Shown: positions 1 to 9,231 of the stretch, piece after piece | Numbering within the stretch: position 1 is the first letter of the stretch | How the letters are laid out: each line of letters opens with the position of its first letter | NCBI GenBank assembly: GCA_963801605.1 | Contig: CAWDFP010000006.1 | Span: 896,001 to 960,000, forward strand | DNA length: 64,000 bases | Reading direction: 5' to 3' | Origin: an uncultured candidate division Zixibacteria bacterium | Lineage (GTDB): Bacteria > Zixibacteria > MSB-5A5 > UBA10806 | Program-made: the position numbers and the translations under genes | The notes under the pieces: generated by a model | What the model saw: only the letters and a program-made list of their open reading frames with translations | Database searches by the model: none | Told to the model about the DNA's origin: nothing

Positions 1-1115
1 ATATCAGACATCATAACCGAGGCGCCTGTTAATTTTTCAACGCCTGTTACGATAGCCTCATCACCCGATACCTTAATCTGCGCCCCTAATCTCTGCATCT
101 CCATGACATGCGTAAACCTTTCTGTGAAAACGGTTTCACGCACATACGAGGTGCCGTTGGCAACCGCCACCAAAGCCATCATTGCGGCCTGGAGATCGGT
201 GGGGAATCCTGGAAATGGGTAGGTTGTCACCCGAAGCGGCCCTGGACGGTTCTTCTGCCGGGCCGAAATTTTATTTCCCTTAAACGTAAATTCCATCCCG
301 GATTCGGTGAGCTTCGAAATTACAATTTTAAGATCGTCGAAATTGGCATGAGATAACTCGATATTTCCACCGCAAGCGCCGATTGCCATGAGATATGTTC
401 CTGCTACCAGGCGATCCGGCATGATCCGATAATCAACTCCATGAAGCTGCTTAACTCCGGCGATCTCAATTCTGGTTGTACCGGCTCCGGTAATCTTTGA
501 CCCCATTTTGTTGAGAAAGTTTGCCAGGTCTACAACTTCCGGGTCGCAAGCGGCATTCACTATCGTGGTCTTACCTTTGGCAAGTGCGGCAGCCATCATA
601 ATATTTTCAGTGCCAGTGTGGCTGGGTCGATCGAAGAAAAGCTCGCCTCCCACCAGGTCTTTGGCGCTGGCATTGATATATCCGCGACTTTCGGAAATTT
701 TCACGCCCAAGCGCTTAAATCCCATAATATGCTGATCCACCGGACGCGGCCCGAGGACACATCCGCCGGGAAGCGATACCCTGGCTTTATGGAGTCGTCC
801 CAATAGCGGACCCATAACCAGAAACGATGCCCGCATCTTACGAACCAGATCGTATGGTGCGATATGGCTTGTAAGGTTGGTGGCGTCAACCATCATATCA
901 CCGGCCTTGGGATCGTAATCGATCCTGGCGCCGAGACCTTCAAGCACGCCGTTGATGGTGTGAATGTCCGCCAGATTGGGGATATTTTCTAAATATGTTT
1001 TGCCTTTATTGGCCAATAGTGATGCTACTATGATTGGTAAAGCTGCATTTTTAGAACCCGAAACTTTCAAACTTCCAGAAAGTTTCTTCCCACCCTTGAC
1101 TATGAATTTATCCAT
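1..1115 (-). CDS. murA: UDP-N-acetylglucosamine 1-carboxyvinyltransferase (3' end runs off the window)
   Basis: Not in the ORF track. Manual translation from ATG at 1115 gives MDKFIVKGGKKLSGSLKVSGSKNAALP..., with the active-site loop LPGGCVLGPRPVDQH in frame (Cys codon 759-761) and PYPGFPTDLQ. Confidence 0.96.
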   Translation of the reverse strand, partial: MDKFIVKGGKKLSGSLKVSGSKNAALPIIVASLLANKGKTYLENIPNLADIHTINGVLEGLGARIDYDPKAGDMMVDATNLTSHIAPYDLVRKMRASFLVMGPLLGRLHKARVSLPGGCVLGPRPVDQHIMGFKRLGVKISESRGYINASAKDLVGGELFFDRPSHTGTENIMMAAALAKGKTTIVNAACDPEVVDLANFLNKMGSKITGAGTTRIEIAGVKQLHGVDYRIMPDRLVAGTYLMAIGACGGNIELSHANFDDLKIVISKLTESGMEFTFKGNKISARQKNRPGPLRVTTYPFPGFPTDLQAAMMALVAVANGTSYVRETVFTERFTHVMEMQRLGAQIKVSGDEAIVTGVEKLTGASVMMSD

Positions 1116-1359
1116 TGTGCCTTTCCGTTTCCCGCAAACAGCCAGGTTCTTTTACAGTTCTAAAGAAATTTTGTTCTTTTTATGCTTCAGGATGAAAAGA
1201 GCATTTGCCCGATATCCTGATGCTCCTATTCAATATGCCATCAGAAGCATGGCAAAAACCTTTTGCCCCTCACTAACCCATTATATTATAATGGTCTTGA
1301 TGGGGCAAGAGATAAGCCGAAACAAGTTCGTAAAAATTCAAACCAACCCTCTTTTTGGT

Positions 1360-2181
1360 ATGCCCAACCGTGATTCGGAAAGTGAAACGCGGTCCAGCCT
1401 GGAATTAGCCAAATTATTAAGGGAGCAAAAGGCATTCGAAAATAAACGAATTTATTTTATTTCGGATGCTCATCTGAGGATTTTTGATGGCGATCCTGGA
1501 ATCGAAACGAAACTATTGAAGGTTTTCGACGAGGTTAAATCATCCGGATCACATTTGTATATTGTTGGCGACCTTTTCGATTTCTGGTTCGAATATAAAT
1601 TCGCAGTTCCGGCAGCCTATTTAAAGGTAGTCGCGGCGCTTCTCGATTTGACCGGTGCAGGTATCAAAGTTGTCTATATACCCGGCAACCACGATTTCTG
1701 GATGAAAGATTTTTTGCATCGCGAGGCCGGTGTGGAGCTGGTGCATCCCGAAGGCAACGGCCGTGCTGGAGAAGGGATTGCTGTGGAACATTTCGGTAAG
1801 CGAATTTATATCACCCATGGAGATGGCCTGCGGCGCGACGATTATGGTTATCGTTTTATAAAGCGGCTTTTCCGCAACAAGTTTTGTATCTGGCTATATT
1901 CGCAGCTTCCGGTGAACATTGCCTATCGTCTGGCGATGCGTTCCTCCAAAGCTTCTCGCGATTATACAACTAATCGTAAAAAAAGTGATCCTTCCGATTA
2001 TATCAATTTTGCCCGCTTGAAAGTGGCTGATGGTTTCGACGCTGTAGTTATGGGCCACGTGCATCTACCCCAGATAGAGGATCTCGGCCAGGGATTATAT
2101 ATCAACTGCGGTGATTTCTTCGAGCATTTCAGCTATGTAGTGCAGGACGAGAACGGATTTAAAATGCTAAACGCAGTATGA
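1360..2181 (+). CDS. lpxH: UDP-2,3-diacylglucosamine diphosphatase-like calcineurin-type metallophosphoesterase
   Basis: Motifs FISDAHL, GDLFDFW, GNHDFW, THGD and MGHVH. The ORF-track start (964) overlaps murA, so the true start is probably 1360 or 1299. Confidence 0.8.
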   Translation: MPNRDSESETRSSLELAKLLREQKAFENKRIYFISDAHLRIFDGDPGIETKLLKVFDEVKSSGSHLYIVGDLFDFWFEYKFAVPAAYLKVVAALLDLTGAGIKVVYIPGNHDFWMKDFLHREAGVELVHPEGNGRAGEGIAVEHFGKRIYITHGDGLRRDDYGYRFIKRLFRNKFCIWLYSQLPVNIAYRLAMRSSKASRDYTTNRKKSDPSDYINFARLKVADGFDAVVMGHVHLPQIEDLGQGLYINCGDFFEHFSYVVQDENGFKMLNAV

Positions 2182-2261
2182 TAGTAAAATACTCTGCTGC
2201 AATTTTGTAACGCCTCACCATCTGGCATACCCCGTAAACGAACCGTTATATAACCTAAATT

Positions 2262-2300
2262 AAAACGCGGCGAACCATCTGATCCGCCGCGCTTGTGTTT
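2262..2300 (-). terminator. Intrinsic terminator between convergent genes
   Basis: CGCGGCG (2266-2272) / CGCCGCG (2285-2291) stem with A/T runs on both sides. Confidence 0.7.
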
Positions 2301-2316
2301 TAAACTGAAGTCTGAG

Positions 2317-5300
2317 CTATTTGATTAGAGACATCTTGTGTACGATTTCCTTATCTCCTGTCCTTAGGCGATAGAAATAAACACCTGATGCCACCGGCTC
2401 TCCACTGCTATCGTGGCCATTCCAGATTATCTTCTTATAACCTGCCTGTTGGTTTTCATCAACTAAAGTCAGAGTTTTCTGGCCCATGATATTGAATACC
2501 TCAATCTTCACATGGGACGCCTTAGGCAGACCATAGCTGATTGTCGTCACAGGGTTGAAAGGATTCGGGTAGTTCTGCGACAAGAAGAATTCTTTCGGAA
2601 TCGCAGGTTGATTATCGGAAATCCCCACTTCGCGCTGCAAACGGCCGGCGTCCGGGTTTGAGACAAATGATTCCGCTGTCCAAGCGCTATCGCCATAAAC
2701 CGCGGATACCCTGTACCAATAGATCACGGTATCGGGCGCGGCATCGGAATAGCTTGGCGATGTTAGCAAGGCGCTGTTTATCTTGGAATAGGCGCCAATT
2801 TCCCAAAGACTACGATAAATATTGTACCCCAGTAGTTTTGGATGAGCTACCGCATCCCAGTTAACCTGAATCGAATTATGCAGCGTATCGGAAGCAAGGA
2901 CATTTGATGGCACAATACATCTCGACAGATTAAAATCTATACCGGTAATCAGGCTGTCTGTTACAATCGTAATGCTGTCTCTGAACTCTGGCAGGTATCC
3001 TGCCATTTCAGCCTTCAGGTTCAGAATGCCGGTCGGCAGAGCACTCATCCAATAACTCCCATTGGCAGCCGTCAAACGATACTGGCCGCTGGATGCAGTA
3101 ATCTTAATACCGCTATTGTCTCCCAGGCTATCGATCTGAGCCGTGCCCTTTATGCCGCCCCTGCCGGTATTGGTGGTAACAAGGATAGCACCCTGATTGG
3201 CCAAATTTATAGCTCCTGCCCCGTTTGCATTGTCAAAAGTATATTGAAGACCAATAAGCTCTTCCCAATTTTCGATTCCCACCGAGGCGTAATTGTTTCC
3301 GGAGTCGTTATTGTAAATGGTGTTGTATTGGAAAAGTATATCCGCATCGCCGGTAGCAGTTGGATAGTAAACGGGGTCGGAGATTATCATCTCGAATGTT
3401 TCCAATGAACTGGAATTGTTATTGGTCAGGTGGTACCACTCTATAACATACTTGTGAGTTAGTGTATCGCTCCAGATATAGACGCCATTGGGTGAGGACG
3501 TATACGAGAGATCGTCCCAGAATGGTGAAATTTGAGCTCGGGCGAATCCGGGTGTTGGTATCGGCCAGTTAAAGAAGTAGTTATAGTAATTACCGGCCAT
3601 ATCGTACTTGGATGTATCCGGTGAAACAAACCCGTTGATACAAATAATCAGCGCCTGATAAGGATTCCCATAGTAAACAAAATCAAACGGCAACCTGATA
3701 ATTACCGATTTGTCGTCCAATTCGGAGCCGTAGTTTAAGCGCGTTCCCTGGCCTCCCAGGCTGGGAACAAGTTCCACCCAATTATAATGAGGATGAACCG
3801 GATAAAGCGAGTCGGTTTTGTCGTACATATAATAGCCGTATGCGTCTGGACCTGTCGGGTCATTACCGTGAACAATGCTATCGACCTTTACATAAAACGG
3901 AATTTCTGAACTGGCTCCGGTGGATGTAGAGGTGTGGAGATTAAACTTTATTCTCCTGCCGGGAAATGCACCCAGGTCGACCGAGACCACCATGGGGGAG
4001 AGCGCATTAGACGATGTATCTCCCATCGGCATATCGCCGAATGTACCCTCGGCGCTCCTGACCCTAGCGAAATCATCCATGGTACTGATCGTGCCTACAA
4101 CGCCTGCTGCGTCACGCCCATGGTTGATTATAGTCACTACCATTTGCGCTGTGTCTCCCGGATCCAATCGCCCATTGGCGTCCAAAATCGCGGCGCTTCT
4201 AATTGTAAATTGTGGGGCTGTTACGGGAATCTCAATAACTGATTGCCAGCTAAGGGTATCTTGATCGGTGGCGGTTACTTTCAGCCTGACGAGATCGCCG
4301 TCAGCTGCGTTGGGGTTAATGCGGACTACAAACGGTTGAGCGGATGCACCGTTTTGACCAGGAAGGATATTGCCGAAATTACGGCTGCCATCGAGGATCT
4401 CCGCCATGCTGTTATCTATCGGTTCGATAGCGCCTGTTACATTGTTGGCAGTCAGGTTATTTCCAAAATTTCTCAGGGTAACCGCCAACTCCAGCATTTC
4501 GCCGGGATTTGCCAGGCTATCGCTATTTCCATAAGAATAGCCAAGAGTATCATCATCGATTGCATAAGAATTAAATCCTACCGCTACATCGCTAGTGACA
4601 AGCTCGACCTTACCTTCATACGGAATCAGATTCTGCCCGGAAACGGTAACTGCTAAAGCTCCGGAAGTCTGGGCGCTAAATGATAAGGAAACGTTGCCGT
4701 CCTCATCAGTTTTCCCCAGGCTGTAGCATTCCTCGGTCGTATCGACCATCTTAATCAATGAAACATAGGCATCCTTTATGGGATATCCTGACGAATCAAC
4801 CACGTTGATATCGAGATGATTGAGACCTAATGCCAGGGTATCTGGATGAGTAACCACAAGATAAGTGGGAATCTTGGTGCGCAATTCGAGCTCGGGGTCT
4901 CCCAACATGTTGTAAGTATTAAAATATTGTCTTACCTCGGCATTTATATAGCGTGGAAATGTCCTATACATCTGTAATTTACCCCTTATCGCCGCCGGGG
5001 CAAAGTGGTATACGTTTTCGCCAAAGATGCCGAAGAAGTACCCGACCATAATTGGATTGTTCCACTTCGTATGGGTACCATGGTCGGAGACTCCGTAAAA
5101 GGCCGGTCCGCCCTTTAGACTGTCAGGATTTAAGCCCATTCGAATCCAGGTTTCGCCGAAACAAGGATCAGTATAGGTATCACCAAAATCGCCTGTACCG
5201 CAAGTAAGGGGAGACATAACTCCCAGTTTCTGATTGTTAGGCATGGCGTTAAGGTCGGTAACTGTCCAACCCGGGCCCCACCAACCATCAGAGCTCCCCG

Positions 5301-6639
5301 CGCCCCGATACCATATAAATCCCGGCCCGCTATTGATAAAACCGGAAAGTCGAGGATCCGTACCGGACGAGCATACTGTATCAACACGGCTGAAGCCGTT
5401 TTGAAGCGCTAACTGGCGCACCCACAACGTGATATAGCGCGATGATTCGTACCAGGTATATGCCACAGAGAGTCCGCGAATCCAGTGCGTAGGATCACGC
5501 ATCAAGGGGGTTTCCTCATACTTGAAAATTTTCGAAACCGCCTTCTTAAAATCCTGTAAATTATCAACAGAGAGCCTGGCAACGAAAATATCAGGTAAGA
5601 AATCTGTTCCATCCACGCAGGCGTAGCCATGATCCGATGCAAAGCCGCTGTAACCAAATTGAGAAACCATATAGGTTCCGTCAACATCGCCCACTATCAT
5701 CACATACTCGGGAGGAACTTCCCAAGTCTGGTAAGCGGTCCTGAGATAGTTGAAGATTTGGGTTGAACTGGGATTGCCGCTGGAATTAATATCTGTGGTA
5801 CGAACAATTCTTACAGTATACCCTTTTTTATGTTTCCAGAGTGCCAGAGCCTTAAGAGAATCGGCCAGGGCCGGTTTGGTGATGATTACATACCCGCCGC
5901 GTTTAACTTCGGCATTGGAAAATATCTCTTCGAAATTGGCAAACATGCTCTTGTAAATGGGATAAAAACCCTCGGAGAGATACGGGGTACGTGTCAGCTT
6001 GGGATTGATGACTTCGCCGCCATAGGTGACTCCCACTTCCAAATCCCGGTAAACGCGAAGCTGTCTGGTTACCGGATTGTATTGCACGGGATTAAGAGAA
6101 ATCTGTATAGCGCGTACGTCACGTAAGATGATTGGCTCAGCGGCGGTTGCTAATTCGCTGGGGTAAAACTCATCGGTTGAATATGCGTTCTGATCGATAG
6201 TAAATGGTATTATTTCATTGGGATTGCTATCGGATTTCGACGGCTGCACGGGAGCGAGATCGATATTGTCGAAAGTATCGTATCCGGAATAGGTCACGTT
6301 TACTTGAACTCCAGCTTGATCCGGAATTATTATCATGGTCGTCAGTACCGGGATATCGGGCTTTCCGTCCTCAGCTAATGCCGCGGGGGAAAGATGTTCA
6401 GCCGCCGGTAGCGAAACTTCCTTGTATTCGGTCGAATTTAGAGTTACCGAGTTGATTGCCACGGCCGGTATTCCCAATGATAGGGATGTTCCGCCTGAAC
6501 TTTTGGGGCTGACATCAAGTCTGGCCGAAATATTGTCGAGATTTTGAACAATCCTCACCGATTCTGCCGCCAGTGCAATACCTGATGTTATAAGAATGGC
6601 GAGAGTTGCGGCTAAAACAATTAGTAGCCTTTTCTGCAT
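2317..6639 (-). CDS. Secreted C25 (gingipain-family) peptidase-like protein with propeptide, Ig-like domains and FlgD-Ig/T9SS-like C-terminal domain
   Basis: Signal peptide, propeptide motif GKPDIP, YVMIVGD, SDHGYAC..G.DFLPDIFVARLS, TCGTGDF, YNMLGDPEL. C-terminus QNYPNPFNP...SGVYFYRL...KMSLIK. Confidence 0.88.
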   Translation of the reverse strand: MQKRLLIVLAATLAILITSGIALAAESVRIVQNLDNISARLDVSPKSSGGTSLSLGIPAVAINSVTLNSTEYKEVSLPAAEHLSPAALAEDGKPDIPVLTTMIIIPDQAGVQVNVTYSGYDTFDNIDLAPVQPSKSDSNPNEIIPFTIDQNAYSTDEFYPSELATAAEPIILRDVRAIQISLNPVQYNPVTRQLRVYRDLEVGVTYGGEVINPKLTRTPYLSEGFYPIYKSMFANFEEIFSNAEVKRGGYVIITKPALADSLKALALWKHKKGYTVRIVRTTDINSSGNPSSTQIFNYLRTAYQTWEVPPEYVMIVGDVDGTYMVSQFGYSGFASDHGYACVDGTDFLPDIFVARLSVDNLQDFKKAVSKIFKYEETPLMRDPTHWIRGLSVAYTWYESSRYITLWVRQLALQNGFSRVDTVCSSGTDPRLSGFINSGPGFIWYRGAGSSDGWWGPGWTVTDLNAMPNNQKLGVMSPLTCGTGDFGDTYTDPCFGETWIRMGLNPDSLKGGPAFYGVSDHGTHTKWNNPIMVGYFFGIFGENVYHFAPAAIRGKLQMYRTFPRYINAEVRQYFNTYNMLGDPELELRTKIPTYLVVTHPDTLALGLNHLDINVVDSSGYPIKDAYVSLIKMVDTTEECYSLGKTDEDGNVSLSFSAQTSGALAVTVSGQNLIPYEGKVELVTSDVAVGFNSYAIDDDTLGYSYGNSDSLANPGEMLELAVTLRNFGNNLTANNVTGAIEPIDNSMAEILDGSRNFGNILPGQNGASAQPFVVRINPNAADGDLVRLKVTATDQDTLSWQSVIEIPVTAPQFTIRSAAILDANGRLDPGDTAQMVVTIINHGRDAAGVVGTISTMDDFARVRSAEGTFGDMPMGDTSSNALSPMVVSVDLGAFPGRRIKFNLHTSTSTGASSEIPFYVKVDSIVHGNDPTGPDAYGYYMYDKTDSLYPVHPHYNWVELVPSLGGQGTRLNYGSELDDKSVIIRLPFDFVYYGNPYQALIICINGFVSPDTSKYDMAGNYYNYFFNWPIPTPGFARAQISPFWDDLSYTSSPNGVYIWSDTLTHKYVIEWYHLTNNNSSSLETFEMIISDPVYYPTATGDADILFQYNTIYNNDSGNNYASVGIENWEELIGLQYTFDNANGAGAINLANQGAILVTTNTGRGGIKGTAQIDSLGDNSGIKITASSGQYRLTAANGSYWMSALPTGILNLKAEMAGYLPEFRDSITIVTDSLITGIDFNLSRCIVPSNVLASDTLHNSIQVNWDAVAHPKLLGYNIYRSLWEIGAYSKINSALLTSPSYSDAAPDTVIYWYRVSAVYGDSAWTAESFVSNPDAGRLQREVGISDNQPAIPKEFFLSQNYPNPFNPVTTISYGLPKASHVKIEVFNIMGQKTLTLVDENQQAGYKKIIWNGHDSSGEPVASGVYFYRLRTGDKEIVHKMSLIK

Positions 6640-7041
6640 AAAGCCTCCGTTGATTAATGAATGGCCATATCTGATATTTTAATATTCTTTTTATGAAAAA
6701 AGGATATTCCCCAATCAACAAACAGATTGATCGGAGACATGGCGGCGAAAGTGACAATATCCCTCAGTCATCTAAGCTTTAAGCGGGCTATTTTTCTTCT
6801 GGTGACCGCTTAACGGTGCAACAGAAAATGAACCGTTCGAGTTCCAAAATATGGGGGTTTAGTGAATTGAGCAAGAATAATGTTTTCAGGACCATTAAGT
6901 TAGCAATCCGGGATTGCAATCGCATAGCCCTTATTCCGGATATTTATAATCCTTTATTGGTTAGGCGGTAAGGTTAACGAGGCTTGAATTTAAGGGCTTA
7001 AACAGCATTGAAAACCAATACAGTGCGAAATCGACCGAACA

Positions 7042-7069
7042 GGAACTCGTTTGCCAATAGTCGAGTATT
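7042..7069 (+). promoter_or_regulatory. Putative ECF-sigma promoter GGAACTC-N14-GAGTATT
   Basis: The same motif, spacing and orientation recur at 16701-16728(-), 28266-28293(+) and 31524-31551(+). Confidence 0.55.
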
Positions 7070-7124
7070 ATGATGAAAAAGTGCTTTTTATAACCTTATC
7101 TTAACTATCACAAGGAGCATATTT

Positions 7125-7568
7125 ATGGATAATATGACGGCAGCCCGGCGGGATTTTCGTCCGATTCTCGCTTCGGCAATTATCTTGATTGCCATTTTCT
7201 ATTTATATGGATGCGGGACTCCTGGCAAAAATATGCCTGTCACCGAGGTTACGGCGACAATCGCGGCCGATCAGGTACAGGATGTCAAGATTGACGTAGA
7301 AAGTTTTTATTTCAATCCCAGCCGGATTAACGTAGTTGTGGGAATACCCGTACGCCTAGCTCTTACCAATCATGCCCATATTATTCCGCATAATTTCAGT
7401 ATTCATGCTCCCGAGGCCGGGATGGACCTCGATAAAGATATTGGTACTCGCAAGACAGTCACTATAGAATTGACACCTACTAAAATTGGCGAATATGAGT
7501 TTTACTGCGACAAGGATGGCCACCATAAAAAAGGGATGGCGGGGAAACTGGTAGTTAAAGAGCGATAG
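7125..7568 (+). CDS. Cupredoxin-domain (type 1 copper) lipoprotein
   Basis: Lipobox LYGC, HNF, and YCDKDGHHKKGM ligand loop. AAGGAG RBS. Confidence 0.85.
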   Translation: MDNMTAARRDFRPILASAIILIAIFYLYGCGTPGKNMPVTEVTATIAADQVQDVKIDVESFYFNPSRINVVVGIPVRLALTNHAHIIPHNFSIHAPEAGMDLDKDIGTRKTVTIELTPTKIGEYEFYCDKDGHHKKGMAGKLVVKER

Positions 7569-7609
7569 CAATCATTGAATAAGGCGATTTGTTTTCGTTT
7601 CCAACCGAT

Positions 7610-7646
7610 AAAAAAACGATAACTCTCTCTTACGAAAGAGTTATCG
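7610..7646 (-). terminator. Intrinsic terminator of the small-protein gene
   Basis: Perfect 10-bp stem CGATAACTCT/AGAGTTATCG followed by T7 on the minus strand. Confidence 0.8.
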
Positions 7647-7672
7647 CATCCAACTCTGAGATTTCCGGATGT

Positions 7673-7837
7673 TTAATGCGCCGAAAGCGTCAATTGTGCC
7701 CAATCGTTATATTTGATACCGGGATTTGTCAGCCCCAATTGCGATGTTACAACCACCAGGATTATTAAAGCGCATACTATAGATGCCACGATTAGGAATT
7801 TCGAATCTTCTTTCATGTAGATGAATTTGGCAAACAT
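7673..7837 (-). CDS. Small single-pass membrane protein (54 aa), hypothetical
   Basis: MFAKFIYMKEDSKFLIVASIVCALIILVVVTSQLGLTNPGIKYNDWAQLTLSAH. AAGGAG lies 6 nt before the ATG, with its own promoter-like motif and terminator. Below the ORF-track cutoff. Confidence 0.65.
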   Translation of the reverse strand: MFAKFIYMKEDSKFLIVASIVCALIILVVVTSQLGLTNPGIKYNDWAQLTLSAH

Positions 7838-7896
7838 TCTATTCTCCTTTTATATAAATCCCGGACTTTATTTTCACCATCAGCTAATTAGGCTAT

Positions 7897-7912
7897 TGCA
7901 CATACCATGCCA
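7897..7912 (-). promoter_or_regulatory. Putative sigma54 (-24/-12) promoter
   Basis: Minus strand TGGCATGGTATGTGCA gives GG-N10-GC, about 60 nt upstream of the small ORF. Confidence 0.55.
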
Positions 7913-8155
7913 TGCAAATCGGCGATAAAATATAGCAGTTAAGCGGTTGTATTATAAGAGGTTAACCTACCGATATGGAATTTGGCAGAATTGGCCATAA
8001 TTAATTTATAATCAAAAATAATTGCCCAATCCAATATGTATGGGAGAAAGCCTATACAAGATTTAATGCCGAGGCAAATTCACCGGGATATTACGGGGAT
8101 TATAATATTGAAAAGTTGTGGCAATTCTTAAATAATGTCAAAAAATAATAATATA

Positions 8156-8182
8156 TAGAAAGGAGCCCTGGAGGCTCCCCTA
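8156..8182 (-). terminator. Probable terminator after GNAT gene
   Basis: GGAGCC/GGCTCC stem followed by TTTCTATAT on the minus strand. Confidence 0.5.
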
Positions 8183-8209
8183 TTTTCAAAATTCGGATTT
8201 TGGTGGCAG

Positions 8210-9100
8210 TTAGAATATAGCCAATTGAGCCGGGACATATCGCTGAAAATCGACATAGGACTTGTCCGACATAAAAACGTCCATTTCCAAAAGCCGAAAT
8301 CCCTTGCCCATTAAAAACTGGTATAGATCAATATTTTGAGCCGGACAACAAACTCGCAGGCTTTTCATTTTTGGTTCGGCGAATCTGAAAGTCTCTGACA
8401 TTACTTTAATCAAAATTTTATTTGAGATCGCTCCAGCCGGCGCTATAACGCCCCACTCTTTGTGAATCATGCTATAGCCAACCCGCTTGCCCTTATCCTT
8501 AAATATCAATATTCGAAATTTATTATTTTTAAGCCAGAAACGCCATTCCTGGGGATGGCTGTATCCTCGGATTTTATCCTCAAGCCGGTTTATCCATTCA
8601 ATATCCTGTTTCGAGGGTTTGGCGCTAACATCGAGCTCTGACGGTTCGGGCTTTTTGAGCTTTTTAAGCTTTAATTCCATTATGGGCAATGCACATATCG
8701 GCGCCATCCCGAAACGGCTGTAGATTCCCACCGCCTGCATATTATAAGCGAATGTCGAGAGCGAATGGCTAATGCCGGGCGCATCTTTCCAGACTCTTTC
8801 CAGAAGCTGCCGTCCAACTCCCTTATCCTGGTAGCGCGGATGAACAAATAGAAACGCCAGGTACCATTGTTTCCCTCTGATTAACGCGCCGGTAAAACCG
8901 ATGATTTTATTTCCGGCCCAGGCACACCAGAAAGTCTTCTTATCTTGCGAAAATAGATGTTCAATTTCAGCGTTTCGCCTGATCCGAAAACGAACCGGTG
9001 CTTTACCGGTGCTTTTCCGAAGATGGTTCATCGAAGATCGAATCGTTTTGAAAGCGGGAATCAGATCTTGTTTGCGACAGGGCTTGTAGATAACGTTCAT
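8210..9100 (-). CDS. GNAT family N-acetyltransferase
   Basis: Acetyl-CoA motif A LFVHPRYQDKGVGRQLL, NMQAVGIYSRFGM, and a second degenerate GNAT half. Confidence 0.85.
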   Translation of the reverse strand: MNVIYKPCRKQDLIPAFKTIRSSMNHLRKSTGKAPVRFRIRRNAEIEHLFSQDKKTFWCAWAGNKIIGFTGALIRGKQWYLAFLFVHPRYQDKGVGRQLLERVWKDAPGISHSLSTFAYNMQAVGIYSRFGMAPICALPIMELKLKKLKKPEPSELDVSAKPSKQDIEWINRLEDKIRGYSHPQEWRFWLKNNKFRILIFKDKGKRVGYSMIHKEWGVIAPAGAISNKILIKVMSETFRFAEPKMKSLRVCCPAQNIDLYQFLMGKGFRLLEMDVFMSDKSYVDFQRYVPAQLAIF

Positions 9101-9231
9101 AACTTTTCCTTAAGTAATAATCATTCTTTATGGCCAATAATACGATAAACTATAAATAAATGATTCAAAAATGAATATAAAAAATGAGCATCTTTAGAAA
9201 GCTGTTTTTTTATCTAAAGATATAATTACAA

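Noticed and set aside
108..889. Short ORFs listed in the track at 108-889
   Set aside because: They are shadows of murA, which the track missed because it runs off the window.
964..1359. N-terminal extension of the LpxH-like ORF
   Set aside because: It overlaps the murA start on the opposite strand and shows no phosphoesterase similarity.
6775..6815. TTAAGCGG/CCGCTTAA hairpin upstream of the C25 gene as a riboswitch
   Set aside because: A single 8-bp stem with no recognisable aptamer or U-tract, so support is insufficient.
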